A stretch of 64,000 bases of DNA from Bacteroidales bacterium (lineage in GTDB: Bacteria > Bacteroidota > Bacteroidia > Bacteroidales > Bacteroidaceae): NCBI GenBank assembly GCA_024690405.1, contig JAILCU010000117.1, positions 253 to 64,252 of the forward strand, written 5' to 3'. This document shows positions 46,916 through 57,574 of the stretch, piece by piece. The first letter of the stretch is position 1; every line of letters starts with the position of its first letter. The translations under genes were made by a program, and so were the position numbers. The notes beneath the pieces were generated by a model. It did not search any database, was not told the DNA's origin, and saw only the letters and a list, made by a program, of their open reading frames with translations.

Positions 46916-47200
46916 CCAAAGTGCTGCGGCACTGAAACGTTAGCACAAGCCTACTTCTATTTGGCCCAAAATGGCCTAGGTTTTCTAGATTTTCTAGAGC
47001 CTCAAGCACTGCGGCGCTGAAACGTTGAACCCAAGATAGTCTTGGTCTTCTATAGCCTCAAGCACTGCGGAGCAGAAACGTTGAACCCAAGATGGTTTAG
47101 GTCTTTTAGAGCCCCAAGTGCTGCGGCGCAGAAACGTTGAACCCAAGATGGTCTGGGTCTTCTAGAGCCCCAAACGATGCGACGCATAAATTCTAACCCA
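46897..47200. repeat. tandem 56-bp repeats (3 good copies plus degenerate flanking copies) beginning inside the pepP 3' end
   Basis: The units are at 47003-47058, 47059-47114 and 47115-47170, for example caagtgctgcggcgcagaaacgttgaacccaagatggtctgggtcttctagagccc. Related flanking copies are at 46897-46919 and 47178-47199. Confidence 0.85.
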
Positions 47201-47244
47201 GGAAATAGCCTCATAGCAATCATATATTAATAAGAACAACCAAA

Positions 47245-47814
47245 ATGGCAATAGTTAAAATAGTGAAGGGTCTGAAGCCCAAATTCGGCAAGCACTGCTA
47301 TCTGGCAGACGGCGCCGTCATCGTCGGCGAAGTCACGCTTGGCGACGACGTCACCATCTGGCCCTGCGCCGTCCTGCGCGGCGATGTTCACTACATCAAG
47401 ATTGGCAATCGTAGCAATATCCAGGACAACTCCTGCGTTCACACGCTCAACGGCAAAGCACCCGTGGAAATCGGCGAGGACGTAACGGTCGGACATAGCG
47501 TGACCTTACACGGCTGCACTATTCTCGATGGCGCTCTCATCGGAATGGGTGCTACTGTGCTTGACCACGCTGTCGTCGGTCGCGGCGCCATCGTGGCAGC
47601 CGGTGCCCTGGTCCTCTCCGGCACCCATATCCCCGACGGAGAACTATGGGGCGGCGTACCGGCAAAGTTCATCAAACGCGTTGATCCCGAGCAGGCCCAA
47701 GCCCTCAACAAGACCTTCGCTGCCCACTATATCGAATATTCCGATTGGTACCGCGAGGCAGACCGCAACCCTGAAAACACGCAGAACATTCTCAACGGCG
47801 AAGACTACCACTAA
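47245..47814 (+). CDS. gamma-carbonic-anhydrase-like hexapeptide-repeat protein
   Basis: It has left-handed beta-helix repeats, with IWPCAVLRGDVHYIKIGNRSNIQDNSCVH typical of the YrdA/PaaY/gamma-CA family. Confidence 0.8.
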   Translation: MAIVKIVKGLKPKFGKHCYLADGAVIVGEVTLGDDVTIWPCAVLRGDVHYIKIGNRSNIQDNSCVHTLNGKAPVEIGEDVTVGHSVTLHGCTILDGALIGMGATVLDHAVVGRGAIVAAGALVLSGTHIPDGELWGGVPAKFIKRVDPEQAQALNKTFAAHYIEYSDWYREADRNPENTQNILNGEDYH

Positions 47815-47881
47815 GAGATCTAACTAAGGGCGACCTTGCAAAGTATAGGGTGTCGGCGGACTAGTGCACCGCTAACCCGTC

Positions 47882-48802
47882 TCACTCTTTTTTGGCACAC
47901 AACATCCGAGGGCGGTTGAACTGGTCGTTGTGCACACTGACACCAGTATAACCATCCTCTACGAACAGGCTCCGGGTAGGATCAGCAAGCGCTGCATTGA
48001 TCTCCACAAAAAGACGGCCGCCAGCGACAAGGTATTTCTGGCCGATTTGAGAGATGGCCCTATAGAAACAAAGAGGATCTTCGTCAGGAACAAACAAAGC
48101 CAACGAAGGTTCGTGGTCAAGGACGTGAGACTCCATCTCAGCCGCTTCACTGAGACAGACATAAGGCGGATTAGAAATCAATAGAGAAACAGATGGTCCT
48201 ACAGACGGGCAAGTTCCCGGAACCGCCTGATGCACAGAAGGAACGAAGCATGGCTCGAGGACATCAGCACACTGGAAACAGACATTGCCGGCACCAAGAT
48301 CCTTTGCATTCTGACGCGCAATAGCCAAAGCCCCTTCGCTTACATCGACCGCCAAAACAGGATTTGCCGGGAACTCGAGGGCTAAAGAAACGGCAATACA
48401 ACCAGAACCCGTACAAAGATCCCAAACAGCTCCTCCGGCAGCTGCCGTATGAAGGTTCTCCGTCGGGAGCCGTTGCATGTCTGCCTTCATCTCCGCCACT
48501 GCCCAGGCCACAAGTTCCTCGGTCTCCGGACGAGGGATAAGGACATCGGGCGAGACCTTAAAGCGATGGCCGCAGAAGTCCGTAAAGCCAAGGACATACT
48601 GAACGGGAACGCCCTCAAGCAATAACAATAAACATTTTTCGATTTCCTCTTGGTGACTCAAGAAAAAAGGTCTATCTTTGCCAAGCAAAAGGTCGGTCTG
48701 GGAGAGCCCGAAACGGTCTTCCATCAGCAGCCGGACAATCGCCCGCGCCTCGCCGCCGCCATATCGTGGCGTCAAAGCTGTGATAAGGTCACGATGATTC
48801 AC
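47882..48802 (-). CDS. prmC: peptide chain release factor N5-glutamine methyltransferase
   Basis: It has VLIPRPETEEL, DLCTGSGCIA and the NPPY motif (ISNPPYV). Confidence 0.85.
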   Translation of the reverse strand: MNHRDLITALTPRYGGGEARAIVRLLMEDRFGLSQTDLLLGKDRPFFLSHQEEIEKCLLLLLEGVPVQYVLGFTDFCGHRFKVSPDVLIPRPETEELVAWAVAEMKADMQRLPTENLHTAAAGGAVWDLCTGSGCIAVSLALEFPANPVLAVDVSEGALAIARQNAKDLGAGNVCFQCADVLEPCFVPSVHQAVPGTCPSVGPSVSLLISNPPYVCLSEAAEMESHVLDHEPSLALFVPDEDPLCFYRAISQIGQKYLVAGGRLFVEINAALADPTRSLFVEDGYTGVSVHNDQFNRPRMLCAKKE

Positions 48803-48928
48803 GGCGCAAAGGTATACGAAATTGTTGAAAGGACAAAAGAAAAAGAAGAATTCATCCTAAAATCCTGCTATCAGCAATCCGTTCTTAGGAACATGCAACG
48901 ATTATTCATCTGATCATCAGAAAGAGCC

Positions 48929-49885
48929 TTGACAACAAACGACGAAAAATATATGATAAGGTGCCTTCAGCTGGCACGCCACGGAGAAGGAATGACCGCA
49001 CCGAACCCGATGGTAGGTGCAGTGATTGTGCACAAGGACCGCATCATCGGAGAAGGCTGGCACAGAGCGTATGGGGGGCCGCACGCTGAGGTCAACGCCG
49101 TGCGTTCGGTGCGCCCCGAGGACGAACCTATACTGTGCGAGTCGACCATCTACGTGAGTTTGGAGCCATGCTCGCATTGGGGCAAAACGCCGCCCTGCAC
49201 CGAATTGCTGGTGAAGTGTGATTTCAAGCGCGTCGTAGTAGGGTGCGAGGACCCTAATGAGAAGGTGGCAGGACGTGGGATTGCGCGTCTGCGCGCTGCC
49301 GGCATTGAGGTCTGCGTTGGTGTGCTCCGTGAGGAGTGCCGATGGCTCAACCGCAAATTCTTTATGCAGCACGAGCACCACCGGCCATGGATAACGCTGA
49401 AGTGGGCAGAAAGCGCCGACGGATTCATCGACCGCCGCCGCGAAAGTATGGAGCGTGATGGTGAGGCCGTACGTTTTTCCACACCTTGGACGCAGATGCT
49501 GGTCCATCGGCTGCGTGCATCGCACCAGGGAATCCTCGTAGGACGGCGCACATGGGCATTGGACAAACCCAGTCTGACCACGCGCCAATGGCCAGGAAAG
49601 AATCCGCAAAGGTTTGTGCTTACCCAAGGCTGCGCAGTGAATGCCGACGACCTCCCTGCCACAGAAAGACACTCAGATGGTCTGGAAGACATCCTCCGAG
49701 ATATGCATGACTGCCAGTCGCTGCTCATCGAAGGGGGAGCGGAAACTCTGCAATCTTTCATCGATGCCGACTTATGGGACGAGGCTTACATAGAGCGCTC
49801 AGACATGGTTCTAGGCGATGGGATAAAAGCCCCGAAAATCCAAACAGACCCTAAAGGGAGGCTGATTCACGTTAATTTTGCCTAA
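48929..49885 (+). CDS. ribD: bifunctional riboflavin biosynthesis deaminase/reductase
   Basis: It has DEKYMIRCLQLARHG, the deaminase zinc motifs HAEVNA and LEPCSHWGKTPPC, and a C-terminal reductase domain. The start appears to be TTG. Confidence 0.9.
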   Translation: MTTNDEKYMIRCLQLARHGEGMTAPNPMVGAVIVHKDRIIGEGWHRAYGGPHAEVNAVRSVRPEDEPILCESTIYVSLEPCSHWGKTPPCTELLVKCDFKRVVVGCEDPNEKVAGRGIARLRAAGIEVCVGVLREECRWLNRKFFMQHEHHRPWITLKWAESADGFIDRRRESMERDGEAVRFSTPWTQMLVHRLRASHQGILVGRRTWALDKPSLTTRQWPGKNPQRFVLTQGCAVNADDLPATERHSDGLEDILRDMHDCQSLLIEGGAETLQSFIDADLWDEAYIERSDMVLGDGIKAPKIQTDPKGRLIHVNFA

Positions 49886-49945
49886 TAATAAGGAGTTAAG
49901 GTGGTTTTTAAGGCGCAGATATTTCGCTATCGCCATAAAAAGTAG

Positions 49946-49953
49946 TACTTTTG
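49946..49953 (+). promoter_or_regulatory. candidate -7 element TActTTTG
   Basis: TACTTTTG lies 30 nt upstream of ATG 49983. Confidence 0.45.
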
Positions 49954-49982
49954 CAGTTGCTTTTCAAGTAAGGTACCCCAAA

Positions 49983-51305
49983 ATGAAAAAACTTCTATAT
50001 GCCTTGATGCTTCTCGTGGTATGCTCCACGGGTTTTGTGGCTTGCAGCAGCGATGATGACGAGACTGAGTTAACCAGCAACTGCTATATCAGTGCTTTCA
50101 AACTCACTTCGCTCAAGCGCATTGTCACGACGACCTCCACTTCGGGCACCGACAGCACCTATACGACCACGACGAGCGCATCTTCCGTTCGTATGCGTAT
50201 CGACCACCGCGAAGGCACCATCACCAACATTGACCTGCTGCCAATGGGGTCCCAGTTGGACAAGGTAGTCGTGGCTATTACGGCCGAGGGCACCGTAGCC
50301 TATGCGCCGCAGAACGACACAACCACTTGGACCGTGCCCTCCACGAGCGACAGTCTCGACTTCACCTCACCCCTCATATTTCGTGTGATTGCGAACAACG
50401 GCAATGGTTACCGAGACTACAGGGTAACGCTGCAGGTGCGCGAGAACAATGCTTACGGCTATACGTGGACGCGTCTGGATGATCAGGCCGCTATGGCCGG
50501 CAAGACCGATGCCAAACTGCTCGTGTGGAACGGCAGCCAACTGCTGCTGACCGAGGATTCGTTGGGACAATGCTTTGCCAACGAAAATCTCTGCAAGGGA
50601 CTGCCACTCGGCGCAAAAGTGCGCTCAGTGGTTGCCTACAACGGATGCCTGTGGATGAACACCGCCACGGGCTTGCTCTTCAACACGAACGATGGCATCA
50701 ACTGGCAGCAGGTAGGCAATGGAAGCACATCCGTCCGGCTGACCGCAGCCTCGCGGAACGCCCTTTATGCGATGATATCCGAAGGTACGGCCGCCCCCGC
50801 GATGGCCTCAACCAATGACGGTCTCACCTGGACGACCTCCCCTGTAGAGAACCTGCTTTTCGACGAAACCAAAGCCGCAGTGGCCTACACCCAAAGCAAC
50901 GGCAACCAACGCGTGCTGGCCTTGGCAGATGTCTACGACGACAACAGCAGCAGACCCATGTGGGCCTGGAGCCTGCTCGAGGGTAGCGGCGAGGCGTGGC
51001 TGCCCTTCAATGACGGCACGACCCAATATCCACTGCCTCGATGGGAGAACCCTACGGTGGTAAGTTACAACGATTGGCTCGTGGCCTTGGGCGACCGAGA
51101 CCTCAGCACCAACCACACGCCCTTAGACACCATATTCATCAGCCGAGACAACGGCATCAACTGGAGATATGACTCGTACCTCAACACGCCCAGTGCCCTA
51201 AAGGGCGCAGAAGGTCCGGTGACAGCGGCTGTGATAGGTGAATACATACATATCATAGCCGGTCAGCAGAAATGGGCCGTGCGCTATAACAGTTACGGCG
51301 AATGA
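49983..51305 (+). CDS. lipoprotein with Asp-box (BNR-like) repeats, probable beta-propeller
   Basis: The lipobox is LLVVCSTGFVAC-SSDDDE. Three Asp-box-like motifs are present: NTNDGINW, STNDGLTW and SRDNGINW. Confidence 0.7.
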   Translation: MKKLLYALMLLVVCSTGFVACSSDDDETELTSNCYISAFKLTSLKRIVTTTSTSGTDSTYTTTTSASSVRMRIDHREGTITNIDLLPMGSQLDKVVVAITAEGTVAYAPQNDTTTWTVPSTSDSLDFTSPLIFRVIANNGNGYRDYRVTLQVRENNAYGYTWTRLDDQAAMAGKTDAKLLVWNGSQLLLTEDSLGQCFANENLCKGLPLGAKVRSVVAYNGCLWMNTATGLLFNTNDGINWQQVGNGSTSVRLTAASRNALYAMISEGTAAPAMASTNDGLTWTTSPVENLLFDETKAAVAYTQSNGNQRVLALADVYDDNSSRPMWAWSLLEGSGEAWLPFNDGTTQYPLPRWENPTVVSYNDWLVALGDRDLSTNHTPLDTIFISRDNGINWRYDSYLNTPSALKGAEGPVTAAVIGEYIHIIAGQQKWAVRYNSYGE

Positions 51306-52030
51306 CGGCTCGACGGCTGCATATACTTCTCACGGCCGTGCTGCTCTCAATCTCAGCGAAGGCACAAGTCGGTGACCTGCTGGACTATCAGCAGGAAATC
51401 GGTGGTGGTTTGGGCATCAGCAGCTATATAGGTGATGCCGGAGGAGGACTCACCAAAAATCCAGGATTCATGGGCACCCTCATCTGGCGACGCAATTACA
51501 ACCCTCGGATGAGTGTAAAGACGAATCTGGCCTTCGGTCACATCAGCGGCGACAGCAAGGGCATCTTCATTCCCGAAAACCCGCTCAGCCAAACGCCCGA
51601 AGGAGGCACAAGAGCCCACACCATACGTTTCAGCAGACAGCTGTTGGACTTGGGTGCACAATTTGAATTCAACTTTCTTGGTTACGGCATCGGAGCGGCT
51701 TATAAAGGTGTGAAACGCTGGACTCCCTATCTGTTGGGGGGCGCGGAAATCACCTTAGCAATGGGCGGTGGAGCACCGACAGCAGGAGCCTTCACCATTC
51801 CCTTGGGAGCGGGATTCCGCTATAAGATTAAGCCCCGCCTGAACATCGGTCTCGAATGGAGCATTAACTTCACCACCACCGACAGACTCGACGACGCCAA
51901 CGACCCAACCCATCTGAGAGACCCCTACGGTGTTGAAAGCGGGACGTTCAAGAATAAGGACTGCTATATGAAGACCTTCATCTTCCTCACCTACGACATC
52001 GCGCCGAAATACAGAAAGTGCAACAACTGA
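51302..52030 (+). CDS. outer-membrane beta-barrel protein (small, DUF-type)
   Basis: It has a signal peptide, alternating beta-strand patterns and a C-terminal aromatic residue. It has an ATGA overlap with the upstream lipoprotein gene. Confidence 0.6.
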   Translation: MTARRLHILLTAVLLSISAKAQVGDLLDYQQEIGGGLGISSYIGDAGGGLTKNPGFMGTLIWRRNYNPRMSVKTNLAFGHISGDSKGIFIPENPLSQTPEGGTRAHTIRFSRQLLDLGAQFEFNFLGYGIGAAYKGVKRWTPYLLGGAEITLAMGGGAPTAGAFTIPLGAGFRYKIKPRLNIGLEWSINFTTTDRLDDANDPTHLRDPYGVESGTFKNKDCYMKTFIFLTYDIAPKYRKCNN

Positions 52031-52054
52031 AAACAATCATAAACGTCAAACATT

Positions 52055-52795
52055 ATGGCTGAACTCGACAGACAACGTATTCCCAAGCATGTAGCCGTCA
52101 TTATGGACGGCAACGGACGATGGGCTAAGGCCAAGGGACTCCCCCGGACGGCAGGGCACATCGAAGGCGTGGAAGCCGTTCGACGCGTCACCGAAGCGTG
52201 CGTCGACCTGGGTGTAAAATATCTGACGCTCTACACCTTCTCCACCGAAAATTGGAACCGTCCTGCCGAAGAAGTGAAAGCCTTAATGGGTCTGCTCTTC
52301 AAGAACCTCGAGGACGAGATTTTCATGAAAAACAATGTCCGCTTCCGCGTGATTGGCGATACAGGCCGCCTGCCTGCGGAAGTACAGGAGAAGATGCAAA
52401 AGATGATCAACCACACCGCGCAGAACGATGCGATGACAATGGTGCTGGCCATCAGTTACTCGGCCCGCTGGGAAATCACCCGTGCCATGCAAGAGATGGC
52501 TCGCGAGGGCCTCGCGCCCGCAGACATTACCGAAGAGGTCGTCGGCCAGCACATGCAGACGGCTTTTATGCCCGACCCGGACCTGCTCATCCGCACCGGC
52601 GGCGAACAGCGCATCAGCAACTACCTGCTGTGGCAGATAGCCTACTCCGAACTCTATTTCACCGATACCTACTGGCCCGACTTCGGTGCCGCCCAACTTG
52701 AGGAGGCCATCTCAGCCTACCAAGCCCGCGAGCGCCGCTACGGCAAGACCAGCGAGCAGGTTAGCCAGAACCTATCCCCGCAGGAACAAGCATAA
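52055..52795 (+). CDS. uppS: undecaprenyl diphosphate synthase (isoprenyl transferase)
   Basis: It has [22 protein letters not shown] and [15 protein letters not shown]. Confidence 0.9.
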   Translation: MAELDRQRIPKHVAVIMDGNGRWAKAKGLPRTAGHIEGVEAVRRVTEACVDLGVKYLTLYTFSTENWNRPAEEVKALMGLLFKNLEDEIFMKNNVRFRVIGDTGRLPAEVQEKMQKMINHTAQNDAMTMVLAISYSARWEITRAMQEMAREGLAPADITEEVVGQHMQTAFMPDPDLLIRTGGEQRISNYLLWQIAYSELYFTDTYWPDFGAAQLEEAISAYQARERRYGKTSEQVSQNLSPQEQA

Positions 52796-52816
52796 CCCGC
52801 CCCCTTTTTATCAACG

Positions 52817-55456
52817 ATGAAACATACATTAAGATATAACTTACTCTTCCACACCCTTACGCTACTGCTCACTCTCGGCGGAGGCTCCCTCTATGCACAG
52901 ACCGAGCGCGTAGTGAATCCCACCATCGACTATGCCCGCACCTCGCAGCAGTATTATATCGGCGGCATAGAAGTGGAAGGAGTCAAGAGTTACGATGATT
53001 TCGTCATCATCGGCCTTTCGGGCCTCTCCAAAGGTCAACGTATCTCGCTCCCCGGCGAGGAGATTTCAACAGCCGTCCGGCGCTATTGGAAGAACGGCCT
53101 CTTCAGCAACGTCGCAATCCAGGCCGACAGTATCGTGGGCGACAGCGTGTACCTAAAGATTAAACTCGCGATGCGCCCGCGCATCTCACAAATCAACTAC
53201 AACGGCGTGAAGAAAAGCGAGCGCGAGGACCTCGAGACCAAGATGGGCCTGATGAAAGAGATGCAGATCACGCCGAACATGCTCGACCGTGCCCGCATCT
53301 GGGGTAAGAAATACTTCGAGGAAAAAGGTTTCAAGAACGTAGAAATCAGTTTTGAGCAAAAGGAAGATATCAGCCAACAAGGACGCGTTATCCTCGATGT
53401 CAACATCGACAAGAAGGAGAAAGTGAAAGTGAACAGCATCACGATTGAAGGCAACCAGTCACTGAAGATGAAGCAGATCAAAGGTTCGCTCATCAAGAAC
53501 GGTGCCTTCAAGAAGACGCACGAGAAGGGTCTCATTAGCAGTTGGTTCCGCAGCAAGAAATTCATCGACGAACGGTGGAAAGAGGACAAAGACCGCCTCA
53601 TCGAAAAATACAACTCTTTAGGCTATCGCGATGCACGCATCGTCTACGACAGCGTTAAGCCTCATAATGAAAAGAGTGTAGATATCGTCGTCAAGGTGGA
53701 AGAAGGACAGAAATACTACGTGCGCAATATTGAATGGGTCGGGAATACACTCTATAGCACCGATGCCCTGAATGAACTCCTGCGCATGAAAAAAGGCGAT
53801 GTCTACGACCTCACCCATATCCAGAAACGCACCAATTCCGACGAAGATGCCATCGGCAACCTCTACTACGACAATGGTTATCTCTTCTACAGCCTGGATG
53901 CCAAGGAAGTGAACATCGTGGGCGATAGCGTAGACTTGGAGATGCGTATCGAGGAAGGACAGCAGGCCTACATCAATCGAGTTACCATCACCGGCAATGA
54001 CCGCGTCTATGAGAATGTCATCCGCCGCGAATTGCGCAACAAGCCTGGCGACCTCTTCTCGAAGGAAGCTCTCGAGCGTTCCTACCGCGAGATCGCTTCT
54101 ATGGGACACTTCGACGAGAATATCGAGTACGACATCAAACCTGACCCCGAAAACGGTACCGTAGACCTCAGTTGGGGACTCACCTCGAAGAGCAACGACC
54201 AGGTGGAATTCTCTCTCGGTTACGGACAGACCGGCGTCATCGGAAAGATTGGCCTTAAGTTCAGTAACTTTGCCATGGCCAACCTCTTCAAAAAGAATGG
54301 AATGAGGCGTGGCATTATCCCGCAAGGTAACGGCGAGACATTCAGCATCAACGGTCAGACCAACGGCCGTTATTACCAGGCCTACTCCGTCAACTACGTC
54401 AATCCGTGGTTCGGCGGCAAGCGACCCAACTCACTGCAAATCTCGGCCTTCTTCTCCAAACAGACCGACGTCAGTGACCAATACTACAACTCAGCCTACT
54501 ATAACTCTTACTACAACTACCTCTACGGCTACGGCAACAGTTACGGCAACTACTACGAGAACTTCTACGACCCCGACAAATATGTCAAGATTTGGGGTGC
54601 CTCCATCGGTTGGGGTAAGCGCCTGAGTTGGCCTGATGACTACTTCCAACTCTCGGCAGACCTGAGTTACACGCGCTACTCACTGAAGGACTGGGAATAC
54701 TTCCTCATCTCCAACGGTTCTTCCAATAATATCAGCCTCAACCTGACCCTTGCACGTTCTTCCACCGACAATCCCATCTATCCGCGTAGCGGTTCGGAGT
54801 TTGTCTTCTCTGTGGGTCTCACGCCACCTTATTCATTATGGGACGGACGCGACTATGCCAACCTTGGCAACAATTCGAGTTCGAGCACCTATATGAGCGA
54901 GTTGCAGGACAAATACCAGTTTACCGAGTATCACAAGTGGAAATTCAAGAGCCGCACTTTCACCGCCCTCACCAGCCACAAGAAATGTCCGGTGCTGATG
55001 ACGCGCGTAGAATTCGGTATCCTGGGCCACTACAACAAGAACAAGCGCTCTCCCTTCGAGACATTCTATGTCGGTGGTGACGGCATGAGCGGCTATTCCT
55101 ATAACTACGCGACAGAGACCATCGGTCTGCGTGGATACGACAACGGCTCGCTCACACCCCGCGGATATACGGGATACGCTTACGACCGCTTCACGCTGGA
55201 ACTCCGCTATCCCTTCATCCTCAGCAACTCTACCAACATCTACGGCCTCGGTTTCGTCGAAGGCGGTAATGCTTGGAACGACATCAAGGATTTCAACCCC
55301 TTTGATATGAAACGTTCCGCGGGTCTAGGTGTTCGCATTTTCCTCCCGATGGTCGGTCTGCTCGGAATCGACTGGGCCTATGGCTTCGACAAAGTCTTCG
55401 GCAGCAAGAGCTACGGCGGCAGCCAATTCCACTTCATCCTCGGTCAAGAATTCTAA
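52817..55456 (+). CDS. bamA: outer membrane protein assembly factor BamA
   Basis: The 879-aa protein has a signal peptide, repeated POTRA modules (I..I.GN...), a C-terminal 16-strand barrel and terminal F (ILGQEF). It sits in the uppS-bamA-ompH synteny. Confidence 0.9.
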   Translation: MKHTLRYNLLFHTLTLLLTLGGGSLYAQTERVVNPTIDYARTSQQYYIGGIEVEGVKSYDDFVIIGLSGLSKGQRISLPGEEISTAVRRYWKNGLFSNVAIQADSIVGDSVYLKIKLAMRPRISQINYNGVKKSEREDLETKMGLMKEMQITPNMLDRARIWGKKYFEEKGFKNVEISFEQKEDISQQGRVILDVNIDKKEKVKVNSITIEGNQSLKMKQIKGSLIKNGAFKKTHEKGLISSWFRSKKFIDERWKEDKDRLIEKYNSLGYRDARIVYDSVKPHNEKSVDIVVKVEEGQKYYVRNIEWVGNTLYSTDALNELLRMKKGDVYDLTHIQKRTNSDEDAIGNLYYDNGYLFYSLDAKEVNIVGDSVDLEMRIEEGQQAYINRVTITGNDRVYENVIRRELRNKPGDLFSKEALERSYREIASMGHFDENIEYDIKPDPENGTVDLSWGLTSKSNDQVEFSLGYGQTGVIGKIGLKFSNFAMANLFKKNGMRRGIIPQGNGETFSINGQTNGRYYQAYSVNYVNPWFGGKRPNSLQISAFFSKQTDVSDQYYNSAYYNSYYNYLYGYGNSYGNYYENFYDPDKYVKIWGASIGWGKRLSWPDDYFQLSADLSYTRYSLKDWEYFLISNGSSNNISLNLTLARSSTDNPIYPRSGSEFVFSVGLTPPYSLWDGRDYANLGNNSSSSTYMSELQDKYQFTEYHKWKFKSRTFTALTSHKKCPVLMTRVEFGILGHYNKNKRSPFETFYVGGDGMSGYSYNYATETIGLRGYDNGSLTPRGYTGYAYDRFTLELRYPFILSNSTNIYGLGFVEGGNAWNDIKDFNPFDMKRSAGLGVRIFLPMVGLLGIDWAYGFDKVFGSKSYGGSQFHFILGQEF

Positions 55457-55685
55457 TCTCCCTTTAAACCCTCCCTCACAAAAGACATCAAACCCATAAA
55501 CACCCAAGCGACGGCGGCCAGCCTTGCCCCCCGAGAACAGACGCCGCCCTGTTATAACGACAAACAATAATACACTGGTCACTGTGTTCTCACGCTCAAG
55601 CGAGTGCTTCACAAAAGGCCACTTCAAATCAAGCATAAAAAACCAAACGACAAGGCGCAAGCCCTGCCTAAAACAAGGAACTGCA

Positions 55686-56210
55686 ATGAAAAGAATTCTC
55701 ACAATCATCACCTTAGCAGCCTGTGCCCTCGGCATTGGTCTGCCCTCATCGGCACAGAAGTTTGTGCTCGTCGATATGGAATACATTCTCAAGAACATCC
55801 CAGCCTACGAGCGTGCCAACGAACAACTCAGCCAAGTCTCACGCAAATGGCAGACAGAGATTGAAGCACTCACCACCGAGGCGCAGCAACTCTACAAGAC
55901 TTACCAGAGCGAAGCCGTTTTCCTCAGCGCCGAGCAAAAGAAAGAGCGCGAAGGTGCTATCGTAGCTAAGGAAAAGGAAGCTGCTGAACTCAAAAAGAAA
56001 TACTTCGGTCCGGAAGGTGAGCTCTTCAAAAAGCGCGAAAGTCTGATGACACCCATCAACGACGAAATCTACACTGCCGTCAAGGACATATGCGAGACCA
56101 AGGGATATAGCCTGGTACTCGACCGCGCCAGCGACAGCGGCATCATCTTTGCCTCGCCCAAGATTGACATCTCAGCCGACGTGCTCGAAAAAATGGGATA
56201 TGGCCTCTAA
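55686..56210 (+). CDS. OmpH/Skp-family periplasmic chaperone, copy 1
   Basis: It has a signal peptide, a coiled K/E/Q-rich body and a conserved C-terminal GYSLVLD region. The start is set at the internal ATG. Confidence 0.8.
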   Translation: MKRILTIITLAACALGIGLPSSAQKFVLVDMEYILKNIPAYERANEQLSQVSRKWQTEIEALTTEAQQLYKTYQSEAVFLSAEQKKEREGAIVAKEKEAAELKKKYFGPEGELFKKRESLMTPINDEIYTAVKDICETKGYSLVLDRASDSGIIFASPKIDISADVLEKMGYGL

Positions 56211-56251
56211 ATAAGGAACAATAACACATCAACAATAACAAAACAGTAACA

Positions 56252-56746
56252 ATGAAAAAAATCCTCATCATTGCCCTTCTGCTCGCCCCTATGAGCATGA
56301 TGGCTCAGAAATTCGGTCACTTCAACTCTGCCGAAGTCGTACAACTCCTTCCCGAGTACACAGCTGCTCAAAACGAGATGCAAACCCTTGCCACACAATA
56401 TCAGGACGACCTCAAGCGCATGCAAGACGAGCTCCAGAAGAAGAGCGAGGAGTTTGAGAAAGAACAAGCCAACCTCCTTGACAACGTTCGTCAGCGCCGC
56501 CAGGCTGAACTCCAGGACCTCTACCAGCGTATGCAACAGAGTGCACAGGACAATCAGGAAGCATTTGAGAAAGCTCGTGCCGAGAAACTCCAGGCTATCT
56601 CTGACAAAGTCACTACTGCTGTCAAGAAGATTGGCGACGAAGGCGGCTATGTCTACATCATGGACGTGACAGCTGGCATCCCTTACATCAGCACCAAACT
56701 CAGCACGGACATCACTCCCGAGTTGAAAAAAGCTCTCGGAATCTAA
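56252..56746 (+). CDS. OmpH/Skp-family periplasmic chaperone, copy 2
   Basis: The signal peptide is MKKILIIALLLAPMSMMAQKFGH, the body is helical, and GGYVYIMD lies near the C-terminus. Confidence 0.8.
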   Translation: MKKILIIALLLAPMSMMAQKFGHFNSAEVVQLLPEYTAAQNEMQTLATQYQDDLKRMQDELQKKSEEFEKEQANLLDNVRQRRQAELQDLYQRMQQSAQDNQEAFEKARAEKLQAISDKVTTAVKKIGDEGGYVYIMDVTAGIPYISTKLSTDITPELKKALGI

Positions 56747-56952
56747 GCCTCACCACCCATTGACGGATTAACGTATCAACTGCTATGCACAAAAGCGGTT
56801 ATGCGTTAATCCGTTCATTTATGGCACACTTGCCATTATCTTATAGCACTCTTTCAAGAGTACATTTGCCATCATCGGGAAAGTTACGGCCTGCACAGCC
56901 TGACCGCTCCTACCCTTTACTCCAACCACAGAATCCACTAATCATCCCTCAA

Positions 56953-57540
56953 ATGAAACGCTTATTCCTCTCGATCCTCCTCATTCTTCCTGTCGGCCTG
57001 GGGTTGACAGCCAACCTGCAGGCCCAAGAGCAGACCGACGTCCAGCCCGCGACGACAGCCGATACGACTACGGCAGCCGCATCATCGGTCGCCATTCCAC
57101 AATTTGGCTACCTCAGTTACAGCCAGGTCTTCGAACAGATGCCCGACTACCAGAAAGCCAAGGAAGACTTCGCAGCCCTCAAGGCACAATATGACGCCGA
57201 AGCCACTCGCGCTGAGGATGAGTTCCAGCGTAAGTTCTCCGAATTTCTTCAAGGCCAGAAAGACTTCCCCAAAAGCATTATGCAGAAGCGCCAGGCCGAA
57301 CTGCAGGAGCTGATGGACAAGAGCATCAATTTCCGCAAAGAAGCACAGCGCCTGCTTGCCGATGCCGAGAAGAAACTTCAGCAGCCCGTAGCAGACCGGC
57401 TGAACGCAGCCATACACGAAGTCGCTGCCAAGCAAGGACTTATCTTCGTGCTCAATACCGACGGCAATGCAGTACCCTTCATCCATCCGCAAGTCGGCAT
57501 TGACGTCACCGAGACCGTCCTGGCCATAGTTACCCAATAA
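56953..57540 (+). CDS. OmpH/Skp-family periplasmic chaperone, copy 3
   Basis: It has MKRLFLSILLILPVGLGLTANLQAQ, a helical Q/E/K-rich body and QGLIFVLN near the C-terminus. The start is set at the internal ATG of ORF 56785. Confidence 0.7.
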   Translation: MKRLFLSILLILPVGLGLTANLQAQEQTDVQPATTADTTTAAASSVAIPQFGYLSYSQVFEQMPDYQKAKEDFAALKAQYDAEATRAEDEFQRKFSEFLQGQKDFPKSIMQKRQAELQELMDKSINFRKEAQRLLADAEKKLQQPVADRLNAAIHEVAAKQGLIFVLNTDGNAVPFIHPQVGIDVTETVLAIVTQ

Positions 57541-57574
57541 ATAGCAGCAACCATCGGCGCAGCCCTCTCCTTGT

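Noticed and set aside
46897-47200. Possible CRISPR array or small repeated-peptide gene
   Set aside because: The 56-bp units are contiguous and diverge only by point changes, so there are no spacers. No ORF of useful length crosses them.
48803-48928. FMN riboswitch upstream of ribD
   Set aside because: The 126-nt spacer shows none of the conserved RFN element segments. It is also shared with the divergent prmC promoter.
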